Positions 1 to 12,409 of a DNA stretch of 64,000 bases are shown here, piece after piece (positions within the stretch are counted from its first letter, which is position 1; every line of letters begins with the position of its first letter). The position numbers were made by a program, and so were the translations under genes. The notes below the pieces were generated by a model, which was given only the letters and a program-made list of their open reading frames with translations, was not told the origin of the DNA and did no database searches. This stretch comes from Psammoneis japonica (Eukaryota), in NCBI GenBank assembly GCA_008632985.1, contig QPGO01000076.1:1-64000 (forward strand). The letters run 5' to 3'.

Positions 1-172
1 CGCCCTCTTGCTGTAGTCGTTGTCTAAACTTGTTGGTCCGAGCTGCGGCGCCGCCAATGGAGAATCCATGACTCCCGTGTCGTTCAATCGATTCACGAGT
101 TGGGAGTGCTCCGAGGCCATCAAGCTCCTCGATCGGCATGGCTGTCCCATTGTCATTATTGCGGTTCGTCAT
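1..172 (-). CDS. Possible 5' end of a gene running off the window edge (MTNRNNDNGTAMPIEELDG...)
   Basis: ATG at 172-170 with an open frame to position 1; no recognisable domain. Confidence 0.3.
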   Translation of the reverse strand, partial: MTNRNNDNGTAMPIEELDGLGALPTRESIERHGSHGFSIGGAAARTNKFRQRLQQEG

Positions 173-1120
173 GTGATTTGTGGATGAGTTCATTACTACT
201 TTAATGAGACTCTCTACTCAGGATTACTCCAAGTGCGATAATGACTTCCCGTAATTGTTTGGTCTATTGGGCAAGAGGGTCGTCATAAGTGGCAATCGGT
301 CATGCACCACCAAGAAGCGTGACTCATTTCCAAATGACTCTCAATTATCCACCCATAAGGCTTGCATAGAATGTCTAACTAACCAGATTTGCAATGGAAA
401 TTATGCACTACACAAATCTCACTTTTAATGAAAAAAGTCATTCCAATCGTGAAGTCTTTCTGTGACGCAATTAAAAATTAAGCCCCGTCGTGCAACACAA
501 GAAAGAGGCATAAGACACACCTGTAAACGGTATCAAATAAAAATGGCCCCATCCAGGCCATAGTCGAACCACAAATTCGATGGTCACAATAACGTCACGA
601 CAATGCAGCGCTAAAGGCGACGAGCTGGCTACGAGTACTGTAGGGCCCTCACTAATGCCAACATATTATGCCACGTACTTATTAGATACTGCACTGTAGT
701 AGGCCGTCGCTACTGACTGTGACTCTTCTCGCATTATCTCATAGGTAGGGCTACCGCCCGGTACTCTCAATCGATTGCGGAAGTCCGGACGGAGGCTTTC
801 ACTACGGCTTTATCTGCCGCGGCTGCTGTTGTAAACGTGAGACGGGGAATGCCTCTCTAAGCGTTTGACAGGCAAAGATAAAGGTAGCCTGAAGCTTGTA
901 TTGTGGCTGCTGCATCCATTCGGATCTTAATCCAAACTAGAGATGTCCAGTGCCAGGAGCATGAGGCATTTGGTTCGATGTCTCTCTGTGAACGATCTCC
1001 AATCCGCTGTCGTTGTGTCTATGTTACTTTGATGTCACTAAAGGCCATTAAGATGTATGCAGCTCTGGATATTTAGGAATTCGAAGAAATCCACCCATTT
1101 CAAATTCGAATAAATCTCTT

Positions 1121-2227
1121 TTAAAGGCTGCTATTGCCCAACACAATGCGATCAGGCACTAGCGCATACTTAATGTTCGGCGCGCAGCATACAGGGCACT
1201 TGTCATTGCCAGACATGTTCAGCCTCCAAACACATTCTTGGCAGAATGAAAAGTGTTTACACGGCAGAGCGACATGCGTCCGCTCTTTGACTGTGCAAAT
1301 TACACAGTTCTGAATGTTGTACCGCGAACTTTTCCCTGTCTTTGTAAATCCCTCAATCACCGAGGACATCTTGCAGTCCAGCAAGACTTCTATTTCATCG
1401 TCAGTGTTGATGACAAGGGGTGGTGCTTCCAAAAGTTGATGTACTGGTTGACGCTTCGACGGAGGTGGATGAAACGTTACCCTTTTGCTTTTCTTTTCGG
1501 TTCTCATTGAAGATTTCATCTGATTTCGTGTCAAACTCGGTGCCAACGATGGGGGACCTTCAAATCCATGAAGATGTCGCTGACGAGAAATTTCCTGTTG
1601 ACGACGCTTCTCGATTCGTTCTTCTTCATGGACTTCTGCAGTCATTTGCTTCATGCGGTATGCATGCTCTCGCTGCCGTTCCCGTTCCAAGCCTACTTTA
1701 CCATCTAGAAACTTCTCAATTCTGGCAATGTCGTCTTCAACCGAGTGTCGAGGTGATGATGACAATCTTGAGAGATCTTTTCCTTGGTTCCTCGTCATTG
1801 ATTTTGTACACGTTTGTCTTTGTCCGACCCCGACGAATTCAGACTGCGCATTGTTCATCTTTCGATAATGCCTACGGTGATCGTGACGGCGCTTCCATGA
1901 GCAATATCCATCGCCTACAACTTTTACTGGAACCTCCATGGATTCATCAAACGTGTTCAATTCATGTCGCTTGAGACCCTCGGCGGTAAGACGCAACGCT
2001 CCGGGACTAATCCTTCCGTTCTCCATGAGCTTTTCATCCGTCATGTTTGGTGTCTCTAATATTTCTGTTGAAGCAGAAGATGTGCAGCAGTCAGGATCAC
2101 TCTCTATACCGGTGCTACTCTGACGAGACAAGTTGCTGTAGTCTTCGTCGACCAGCTCACTCGGTTCTGACTTGATGCAGTTTCGGTGCGACGTTTTATT
2201 CGATGCCAAACGCGTGACAGCGCTCAT
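1121..2227 (-). CDS. Protein with C-terminal C3HC4 RING finger (putative E3 ligase) and long low-complexity N-terminus
   Basis: CVICTVKERTHVALPCKHFSFCQECV...CPVC RING pattern; first in-frame ATG at 2227. Confidence 0.8.
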   Translation of the reverse strand: MSAVTRLASNKTSHRNCIKSEPSELVDEDYSNLSRQSSTGIESDPDCCTSSASTEILETPNMTDEKLMENGRISPGALRLTAEGLKRHELNTFDESMEVPVKVVGDGYCSWKRRHDHRRHYRKMNNAQSEFVGVGQRQTCTKSMTRNQGKDLSRLSSSPRHSVEDDIARIEKFLDGKVGLERERQREHAYRMKQMTAEVHEEERIEKRRQQEISRQRHLHGFEGPPSLAPSLTRNQMKSSMRTEKKSKRVTFHPPPSKRQPVHQLLEAPPLVINTDDEIEVLLDCKMSSVIEGFTKTGKSSRYNIQNCVICTVKERTHVALPCKHFSFCQECVWRLNMSGNDKCPVCCAPNIKYALVPDRIVLGNSSL

Positions 2228-2687
2228 GGGGTAGTAAGAAGACTCATCGAGCAGCTTTGTCTTCACGAGAAATCGAAGTGCGTATTTCGTTCATCTTCGT
2301 CGCCGCCGTATGACAGTGGCGACAGTTGAGGCGTGATATTCTGTAGCTATTTGACTGTGTTGTCGAAGTTACGAATTTGCGAAAAAAGTGAGAGGAGAAG
2401 CGGCGTGCTTCAACGGGTCTTGTTTAAAAATGTAAAATATGCCGACTTGAATTTATGCAAAAAGAGTTAACTAGTATACAGAAATGAAAGCCGTATAAAA
2501 AATGAAATTTTCATTCGTGCATTCGTCACTGTCTTCACAAACAAACTCGCGACGACCAATGATCGTCCACGAAATCATCGACTAAAAGTGATATCACGAG
2601 CAAAAGGCAAATTAAGGGGGCCGCCCGTTCTGTTTCGGTTTCGCGTTGCATCTTTCTTTCTCCTCTCGCTCTACCGTTTCCTCATCA

Positions 2688-5263
2688 TCATCGCTGCGNA
2701 CAACAACATTCGCACTCATTCATCAACGTACTGTCACAGTGCACTGCAATTGGGGGCTCCAGAAAAGTTTGATGACAGAGTTCACCAGGAAGTTGCCCTT
2801 CCAACAAAGGACTACTAAGGTCCAGATCAACTAAGGCGAAACGCAATGGGAATATTTCAGAAAAATGTAGGAATGCGGAAAAGACACGCACCTCCTGCTA
2901 GCACTCACTTAATCGTTCAAGCTTCTTAAGCTTGGTAGGCACCGTCCCATTGATTTTATTTCCTCCTATCCGAAGTGTTGCTAGTATAATAGAGGTTTGT
3001 AGAATGGCGGCGGAAAAGTCAGTTAGCACAGGCTGAGAATCAATGATACAAAACCGCAGCGGTGCCACGCAACCAAACTTACTAAGCTCCTCCAACAGTC
3101 CAATCTCCGTCACAAGCGTTCCTGTCAGCTTGTTCAATGAAATATCTAAATGCTCTGCAGCAATCAAGCAACAAAAATAATGGTTTGCAATGAAACGAAT
3201 CAAGCACCATAATCAATGACACACAACATACCGAGCCTTGTGAGTTGGCCAACATTGCGGGGCATGCTTCCTTCTAAAGAGTTGTTGCTAGCGGAAAAGA
3301 CCTCAAGGTCCGAGAAGAAAGATATGTCTCCAAGCATGGGTATCGGTGTCGGAAGGTGAGGAAAAAGAGCCCCGGTGAAAATGTTGTTATCAAATCGCAC
3401 TTCCCCTGTGATGCACGGAAAGAAAACAGAAAAGAGTTCGTGTTTCGGTTAGCCATCAATGACGAAAGCGAAAAATGGTTGACGTAGAGCGTATGTGAAA
3501 ACTCACGAAGATGACGAAGTAGTCTGTAGCCAAATGGAACAGACCCGAAAAAAAGATTTCGAGAAAAGTCTAGATCGTCTGAGATACCGTGGGAAAACAA
3601 CCATGTGTGAGTCTAATGCGCTTCGACATGTTACGTCTTTTTGGAATGCCAAGCTTACATAAAGGGGATCTTCCACCCAACAATTCTTCGTCTATAAAAT
3701 CCAAAAGCTCCTCTTTCTCTTTCTTCCCAACTGGTTCTGGCGTGAAATTGCCGAAAGTTTCATGGATGATGTCGAGACCTTCTGCGACCATGACATCCGG
3801 TATATTTCCTGTTAGCATGTTTTCGGCGACGCCAATTCGCCCTGTTTCAGGATAATAAGGAAGAAAATGAGCTTGTATAAATTGGTTGCGTGCAAGTGCC
3901 CTTGCCCATCACAGTGGATCAGTTGCATTGATGAATATACTCACGAAGTGAAGTTAGTTGACGAAGCAACTCGCTAGGTAGCGGGCCACGAATCCGATTT
4001 CGCCCTAGTTCCAGTCGCCTGAGATCACAAAGCTTCCCGACCTCGTATGGAATTGTCCCACTGGCATTTTGCCCTTCTAAATCTAACTGTAGTACCCGCT
4101 TCTCTCTACCAAAAGAACATTCTACGCCTTCCCATTCACATTCAATTTCTGAGGAGAGCCAATTCTGTTGCCTTGGCCAACCACGACCTTCCAAAGAATA
4201 ATATAGCAACGCAAGTACGTAACGTTGCAGTGTCCACTGATGGTGGTTTCGTGGACAAGTGAAGTTTTTTTCGGGTTCCCTTGTCTGTTCAGGCGGCGGA
4301 ATCTCGGTTAAATTTCTCACGATAGTGTCGTTAGCTAGCCATAGCAACGCCAGGTTACGAGGTTCACAGGAAGTTTTGTTTGTCTCAATGGTAATGTTCA
4401 AAAACATTTTCAGTGTTTCGTATCTTGCATCAAGTTCGGGGGATATCCCGGACACATCTCCACATAAAACACATTGAAGAGGAATATTCGGGTCTTCCTC
4501 AGACGAAGATCGGCACATGACTGATCTTTTGAAGGTTCTGATTTGTCACTGTCGTTGCCAGAGTTGTTACCGACTTGAAAACCTACTCCAACGCCAACAA
4601 CAAGCACCACTACAATCAATATGATCCCAGCAATACACATATATCGTCGACGTTTTACATCGTGCCGCTGCTCTCTCTCCAAGTCTTGCGGGTCTGAACC
4701 TGATCAGGGTACACGACCAATTCAGCATCCGTGATGGGGCTTGCCTGTGGAACGCGACTGTTGTCAGACCTTGACACTGATCTCCGGAACTGAGTGCTAA
4801 AGACGCGTCTCGACACCCCCCTTGGCTGCGGAGGAGTCTCCTGATTGGCTTGTGGTGCTTCTGGATTGGCTCGACCCCAAGCAGGGAACTGTCCGAAAGC
4901 ACGCCTTGGGACAGGAAACGCACCGGGAGACTCTTCCGTTGATTCATTACCTGGAGTCGCTTGAGCGCCTTGCCTCTTTCCTGCGGCGTTCGATGAGTCT
5001 GGTGGAGGTACATCACCATTTACTCCAACTGCTTCTGCTGTCTCTGTGTTTCCCGTTTCTTCATCGTTCTCGCTAGCAAACATTCTCTCCTTTTCGCCCT
5101 TTTCTCTCGATTCGTCCTCCACAATCTCTTCTAACTCGGATTGACCAATGTTTGTCTCATTCTGGCTAGGCAACGACGGCGATTCTAGAGTCGACGTGCC
5201 GCGTTCAGCTTCCGCTGCAGAATCTTTCTCAAGATCTGAGGTGTTTTCTGACATGTTGCTCAT
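2688..5263 (-). CDS. Multi-exon type II membrane leucine-rich-repeat receptor-like protein
   Basis: Acidic N-terminal tail and TM helix (YMCIAGIILIVVVLVVGVGVG). Cap motif QRYVLALLYYSLEG..W..NWLS..ECEWEGVEC, plant-type LRRs (LDLEGQNASGTIPYEVGKL, LDISLNKLTGTLVTEIGLL) and Cys-rich end (ECECCC). GT-AG introns, e.g. 3944-3842. Apparent frameshifts near 4690 and 4518. Confidence 0.85.
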
Positions 5264-5650
5264 CTTTGCAAGTGACACGAGATGAGAGGCAGGCAATCAC
5301 ACAACACAAACTCTCTTCGCTAAGGTCTGCGGTTGAACTATCTCGTTCGATGTTCTCTAATAAAGAGTAAAGTAGGTAGTAAGAAGTGTTTAATAGCTTT
5401 TCTCTGAATACACAGTACGCCGTTCTCCTTTTTACTTTTTTGCATGATTCGGCAGATCGCGAAGATGGGGACTTCACTCGCCCGCTACGCTTTCTCCGGT
5501 ACTAAATGTACGTACATGAAACCGTATGGAAGTTTCTACGTGCATGAAGCGCGAAACATGAGTCGTGGTCGACTGACGTGACTGAAAAATGAGTCGCTCG
5601 ATTGAGAGTCTACAGCAGTGTGTTCCTCTCTCTACGAAAGTCGCCATAGG

Positions 5651-5880
5651 TCTCTCTCTACCTCTAGTAGTAGTAGCTACTCTCTACTAGAGAGTAGCTA
5701 GAGAGAGTAGTAGCTAGTAGTAGTAGTAGAGGAGAGGAGAGCTTTCTGCTAGAGTAGAGAGCTCCCTACTCTAGAGTACAGTAGTAGCTACTACAAGAGT
5801 TCCTACTCTACTCTACAGACTAGTCTCTAGCTAGTTCCGACTTTAGAGTAGGAGAGTACGAAACAGCTGTATTAGAGACG
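5651..5880. repeat. Low-complexity TAG/CTA/AG-rich tract
   Basis: Degenerate (TAG)n, CTAC, CTAG and AGAG runs between two genes. Confidence 0.8.
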
Positions 5881-5924
5881 CACTCTAACTTGCTTCAGAA
5901 AACAAGCATTTTTCATAACCATTA

Positions 5925-8900
5925 TCACTCTTGGAAGAGAGGCGGGTAGTGTTGTGGACCAGCTGAATTCCGGTTGATACGATTCCTTCCTGCGCGTGGC
6001 TGCAGCCTTGCCATATTTCGATTGTAGATTTCTCTGCTATTCCCTACAGCTCGGATCGCATGTTGAAACATGTGACGGTGTTCAGGACCAAAAAGATGCA
6101 CCTCCTGCATTTCCCGATGCTTGTCTTGTGTAACTAACAACTCTTCGGCATAAAATGTCGCAGCCACTATCCAGTAAACAAAACTCACCCATTGCGAATC
6201 ATCCTGTCGGGTTGCTAATGCTAGAGCTTGACGATGCCTGAGAGAGAAGAGATAGAGATCAAGCAAAATATGAGAAAAAAGTTGTATATCTCCAACAGAG
6301 CGAACGTACAAAAGTATGTAGACGCACCTTGAGTTTTTGCCTTCTGCTGGATCGTAAAAGTAAGGTTGTGAGAATGCAACGGATTGTTGAAAAGTTGAAT
6401 CAAACGCGGCAGCAGCTGTTGCTAGGTTCGTGTTGATTCCTGCCACCACATCAACTTTCCCTGTGTGTAACGCTTTAAGCCGATCTTGGTCGGCGGTGGT
6501 GTCGACAAACACAATACGTTCACTCGTCTCATTGAAGATACCAGCCGCCAACGCAAGGCAATAGTCTGCGTCCATACCACTCCACAACTGTGTGCCCGAA
6601 TCAAAATCACCGAGCCCAGGGCGTAGCCTAATGCCGCATGAGAGATGTCCCCTCGACACAATGATGTCAAGTGTTCCTCCCAAACTACGTCCCCGACCGA
6701 TGTTGTGGATTTCGCCAAGAGGATGAGCATAGAGGAGGCCTGTACTCCCATTGACGTTTATTTTGTCGACCTCTTGGCGGGGCAGAATGCCTTGTAAATG
6801 TCGACTATACATTTGGCCATAATTTCCCACGGTAGAAATAGCATCAATGAACATGTTGGGGAATTTTCCTGCAAACATAGACGTTTTGTTGAATTTTAAA
6901 GCAGTGGCCATTTCAATTCCCTGTTCTTCGGCAAAGAAAAGGGCCTTGACAACCGAATTCACAAATGAAGACCATGTTGGATCATCTTCATTGGTGACAC
7001 ACGCCAGCGGTTCTTTAGAAAAGAAGTTTCTTCCCTTCTGATAGTCAAAAACGTACCCGAGATCTCGCATCGCGCTCTCAGATATTTGCATTTTTTCTCC
7101 AGCTACGGCGTTGCAGATACCACCGTCTACAAAATCTTGGATGGCATTATGACTGACGACATAGCTGGATGCAGGCAAAAGTCTTTCAACAACATGTACA
7201 TGAGTAGTTGATTCCGCAACGCACACTTTGAGTCCACGACAAGGCGGGAAATAGGTTTCCAATCTGTCGGCACAATCTCCATAAGGAGGCCTTCCAGCAA
7301 AGCCCATGCCATCGTACAAGTAAGGTACAGAGAAAGAGAACCCTCCATTTTCAGATCCCTATTACGTAAAGAATTCAATTTAAAAAAAAAAAAGAATGTG
7401 ATTGTCAGCTCGTCCACAGCTCACCAATGTAGGGATCATTGCAGTTACGTGTATGCGCTCACCAGAAATACATCTCTCTCCATCGTATGAGTGGTTTGAC
7501 GGACAAGAACGTCGACGGATCCGTTTTTAAGGGCATCGAATCTCTCACGATTTGTCACGACAACGGGCACGACTTGGTTTCCGTCTCCAAACAACGCGGC
7601 TGCCAGTGCTCGACACTGTCAAACATTTTTTATGAGAGTATCATGGTAGCCAAAAGGGAAAATTACACGGGTCAATATTTTGCTCACCATGTCCAACTCG
7701 AAACCTTCATACGACGCAGTTTTGTTGTAATAAAATCCTAGGCTACGTTCTAGCCCGCAGCGAATACGTCCTACTTTCAACAATAACTCCAATGTTGGTA
7801 GGGGGGCTTGCGTTGGACTGGCACTTGGAACACTGGAAGAGGACTTAAATCCTGGCGGATTTTCAACGTCATTCTTGCCAATAAGGCCAATAGAAAGACC
7901 AGCTACAAGCACTACCACAGCCAATATTCCAACAAATCCACAGAAAATGAGCTTCTTGTTGTTTCTCGTATCTTCGTCTCTGACGACTTCAGCAAGGACC
8001 GTGGTTTGAAGTATCTCCTGTCGGACCTGGTCATGCAACTCCTGTTCATCCAATGCATAAGCTTCCAAAGTTGATCTCCGGTTTGGGACGCGAGGTTCGG
8101 CTGGATGCCGTTCGTCTGAACAGGTCCCCGTTGTGTCAGGGCTAGCAGTATTCTGGTTCCCATGGCGTCCCCATTCCGGGTAAGACCCAAATGCTCGACC
8201 TTGGACTGGAAATGCACCAGGCTCCACATCTTCTGAGGCAGCAGCCGACGATGTCTCGTCTCTCTGTGAATTAAGAGGCCGATGCTGCTGATCGGTCGAA
8301 GGTGGGGGGTCTCTGCTGTCTCCTTTACTAGGAACCCTATTTGCATAATTGCCTGTCGTGATGCCACTTCCTGGAGAGTAAGTTGCTCCATTTGCGGATA
8401 TGGATGCGCCTTGTCCTTCATCTACGCCACTTCCTTCCGATCCTGTGCTCTTTAAACGTGAAGGAAACGCCATTGCCTTAGCCATCTCGTCTCCAGGAGC
8501 AGTGTCACTGGCAGTGTGCTCGATTTGTATCGCTCGCTCGTCTCCAAGAGAAACACCATCTTCTTGAAGTGTTGTTGACCTTAAGATGGTCATCTCCATT
8601 ATCGCTTTCTTTTTGGCAACGCGTTCCTCGTGGTCGCGACGACGATGTTTTCTGCGTTCAATCTGCTGTTCCAGAGATGAGCGAGGAGGATTCTTATCTT
8701 CACTGATGTTCGAGGTATCAGTTGAGGACGAGGATGCGTCAGCATTACCACCAATCCACCCTTCGATGTTGCTTTCTGACTGTTCGTGATTTTCCTCTTG
8801 TTGTTGATGCTCGCGTTCTTCTCCTATTGCTTCTTCAGTTTCGACACTTGCAGCCCCGTCGTCTCCTCCTGTGCCAGAGAGGCCATTGCCATGTTGACTT

Positions 8901-9106
8901 GCCATTGCGCTTAAGCGGTTGATCTCGACATCCTCCAGATTGGGAGGGAGGGACTGAGATGGGGCAGTCTCAGCGTCAAAACGAGAATTTCCCGTTTCGT
9001 CCGAGACGTCAGTTCCTTCAACTGCATCTAGATCTTCACAACTGCTGCTTCTATTTATGTTGGAAAGGTCCGCTAAATTGTGGTCAGAGTCGTGTTTTTC
9101 CTTCAT
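5925..9106 (-). CDS. Multi-exon type II membrane protein with tandem periplasmic amino-acid-binding (AapJ/PBP2-like) extracellular domains
   Basis: Disordered N-terminus and TM (LIFCGFVGILAVVVLVAGLSIGL). Two SBP-like units: G.I/L.CG....GF...W/Y.G.D/E.D.C, SKEPLA..T..DD..W..FV, AI..VGNYG.MY.R.L. Introns near 7690, 7430-7320 and 6330-6230. Confidence 0.8.
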
Positions 9107-10329
9107 TGTTGCTCACAACTTCATCATTACTTTCACTTACGATGATGCCCTGGGCGGCTCTGGTGTCTGAGCAGGAGGTACAGTAGGTACTGTGACAATG
9201 CGAATCACGAGTTAGCAATCGTGCAGCCATTGATGCATGTGGTGTAGGTCTACACTCTATCTTTCTGCGCAGGAACCTCGCATGACCGAGGCAATATGAT
9301 TTTGTCCTTCTCACCTTCCTTTCTACGACAATTTTATCTGAGGTCTTCATCATTTGCGTGCTCGGTGTCTAAAAACAATGACCCTTCAACGACTCATCCT
9401 GCGCTGGTGGGCAACCAAGCCTGGCTCGATGCTTCTGAATCTACAATCCACCCATGCACTGGAAAAAATGTTTGACCAAACGGCCAACAGAGTCCAGATT
9501 GCAGCATCTGAAGCAAGCACCAAGCCAAGCCCAACAGATGAGAGAGTGCCCCAGCTCCCTCAAGCTGACGGGGGTCAGCCCCGGAGCAGCAACGAAGTCA
9601 TGTGCACCTGGCCAGTGCCGCAAACTCTGTGCCAGCAAGCAGCGGGCCCTCAGAGACCCACAGGTGAAAGAGAAGAGAGATTTGCAACTTGCTTTCCAGA
9701 AATGCTGTTCCAAAAAAGTGCTGCTTTTTGAGACAACAAAGCACCAGCTCTGCGGCAGCGACAAGACTGTGTCTGAAAATGCGCTGTTTCTGCCAGCTTT
9801 CCACTCGCACACCCACCCCTGTCTGCTCCACGTGCACATGTGTGAGCCCAGTGAACATTTTGCTGTGACATTGCAGGTCATTTTCCATTGTTGGAAAAAA
9901 GCACCAGGGGTCTGCGGCGCTTTTTCCCCTGTGCCTTTCTTGTGTGCACAGAGCTGCGCGGCATGTTTGCAAGGAAAAGTGCTGCACCAGTTGAGAAAAA
10001 CATCTTTTTGCAGAAGACTTTCCATGCTTCTTTGGCACAAGAGCTGTGGCTGTCAAAGACATGTCAGCTTTTTTTTGTTTGGGCAACATCAGACCTCTTG
10101 TTCTTTGCTGAAACAAAAAGATGCTTGGCGGGGTGCGCCGCTGCGTCAAAAGGTGTTGCCAGCATGACAAAGATGACCTTGGGGAAAACAAGGTAGAAGC
10201 TGCTGCAAAAAAAATCAGCAAGAGGGCTGCAAATCAGAGCAGTGCTGCCAACGGGGCAGAAGACACAGAGCCATCCTTGTGCAGTGTTTTGGCAATGAGC
10301 AGCAGCTGTGTGGCATGTTTTCATGCTTG

Positions 10330-12200
10330 GCTCTTGACAAGAAGAAGACTTCACAACTTTTGTGCCTGTGATTGCACTCTCCACAGGTGTCACAACTTTT
10401 CAAAAGTCTGCAAAGGCGGTTGCTGCAACTGTGACTCTGAACAATGTTCTGACACTGGCTCATTTTCAGCCGCAAATCTGGCACTGCCAATGCCGTTGAC
10501 AGTTTGCAATGTTTTGTTTTGCAGCCCAGCATCTTGTTCAAAGCCCACTCATTTGTCTGGAAAAGCTCAACCCCAGCTGCCAATTGCTTTTTTTGGCACT
10601 TGTTCTGTTGCATGTGTCTCATTGTTGCATCAGGCACCACCACACAACTCAGCTGCCAGTCTGTTGTTTGCATGTTGATGGTGCCCCCTTGTCACAACCC
10701 ACCACCACTGTGTCCTTGTTGTGTGGCTGACACAAAAGAACTTTCCTTTCAAAATGAAACCCTCCCTGAGTGAACCCCAGTTGACAAACAAGGCAGTTGC
10801 AAACTTGAATGCCCCATCATTCCACCCAACTGGTGATGTCAGCTGTGTTCAAGAGCCAGGTTCACAGTGTCAAGCAGCTCCAACAGTTGCCATGTTGTTC
10901 AGCCACTGTCATCATTGGTGCTTCCCAATGTCACAAATGCTCATCAACTGGCTTGCCATCACTGCCACACTGCAATTTAACAATTTTCTGCATCAGCCCA
11001 GATCGGAGCATGGGGTTGTCAATCTGCACTTCATTCAACGCAACTTTGAATCTGATGGTTGACAACAAATGTGCCACAAACACTTTTTGGGGGTGCCAAG
11101 TCATCTGGGCTGACATGACGGCAGTCTCATTTTGTGTTTTGGCCCATGCTTGTGCACTGCACTCTGTTTTGGCTGCAGCGCAGCAGATTTCTCTGCCGGC
11201 GAACACCAAATTAAATTGTTCCCACTGTTTGTGCAGCTCTTCCTTGTTGCTCTTTGAATGCACCAGCTTTGTCCTGTTGCAGAAGATTGCAGAGGGTCAC
11301 TTGGATGTGCCATGCTTGCTCAAGTGCTGGCACCAATGAGTGACAGCTGGCTGCAGCTGAGACTTCAGTGACAGAAAACTTGCCTGACACTAAAGTTTTG
11401 TGTGCAAAGGCCAGCATGGATGACTGATGCCACATTGCAACAATGGCATCATCAACAAGATTGGCCATGAAGACTTGCTCTTGACAACTCACTGCAGCGG
11501 AGCTTACAAAGTGTCAGATTGGAGCTCATTTTTCATTTTGACAATGAAGAACTTTGCCTTGTGTTCAAAGGTGGTGCCTTTTCTTGTTGAGAACAACCCT
11601 CAGAGCTGAGAAGTTGCTCCTTTCTTTGTGGAATGTGGCCTTCAAACCTCCACTCCACACCTTCTCAAAAAGAACATTTGGGGTGTGCTTCTTTTTTGAT
11701 TCTGCTTGCATCCAGGTCAACCATGTGTGATTCTGTGGGCAATTTTGGTTCACGCAGCTGTGCACTGCCCCGTTGCTTCTTTGGTGCATGACCTTGTGTG
11801 TCTCACCACTCTTCCCTGCTGCACTCTCTTCCTTCCTTCCCCTCTGCCACTCCTGTGGATGCACCATCTGCTTTGTTGTTGTTGCCACCAATGTTGCTCC
11901 CAGCAAGGCTGCCCAAGAGAGAGAGAGACCCAAAACAGCACAGAACAAAGACTTCTCTCTTGGCTGTTGTTGCTTGCTGCCATCTAAGCTCTGCATGCAT
12001 TGCAAGGAGTGCCATGTTGCATTGGTCATGCTTGACAGCAATGGTGAGTACAAGAGCATGCTCTGCTTGTTGGGGCAAATCAAACAGCTTTTTTTCTGCT
12101 CAGCAGGTGGCAGTGCTGCAAAATTTAGAGCATCAATTGAGCTGCTCTTGGTTGAACTTTTTTCTTTGGAAGCAGCTGGCAACAAGCTCCTCTGACAACT
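10330..12200. repeat. Degenerate repeat segments re-occurring at about 14430-15650
   Basis: 11570-12160 aligns by eye to 14450-15125 (e.g. GCAAGGCTGCCCAAGAGAGAGA..CCCAAAA; TTTTTTCTGCTCAGCAGGTG..AGTGCTGCAAAA). 10335-10570 aligns to 15325-15565 (CAGGTGTCACAA.TTTTCAAAA; GCCCAGCATCTTGTTCA). Confidence 0.75.
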
Positions 12201-12409
12201 CCTTGGTGCACTGGCAGTTGCTGACTCCTTTTCCACCACACCCAGGACTTGAGCCAAGAAATTCCCATCAGCAGTTGCTGGAGTTGCTCCACATGTCCAG
12301 GTCAGACATGAGCCAAGTCAACTGCAAGGGGGGAGGCTCAAACCACTGAGTTGAAAATTTAGCATGAATGAGTCCACTGCCAGTGACGTGGAAGAGTCCC
12401 ACCAAACTG

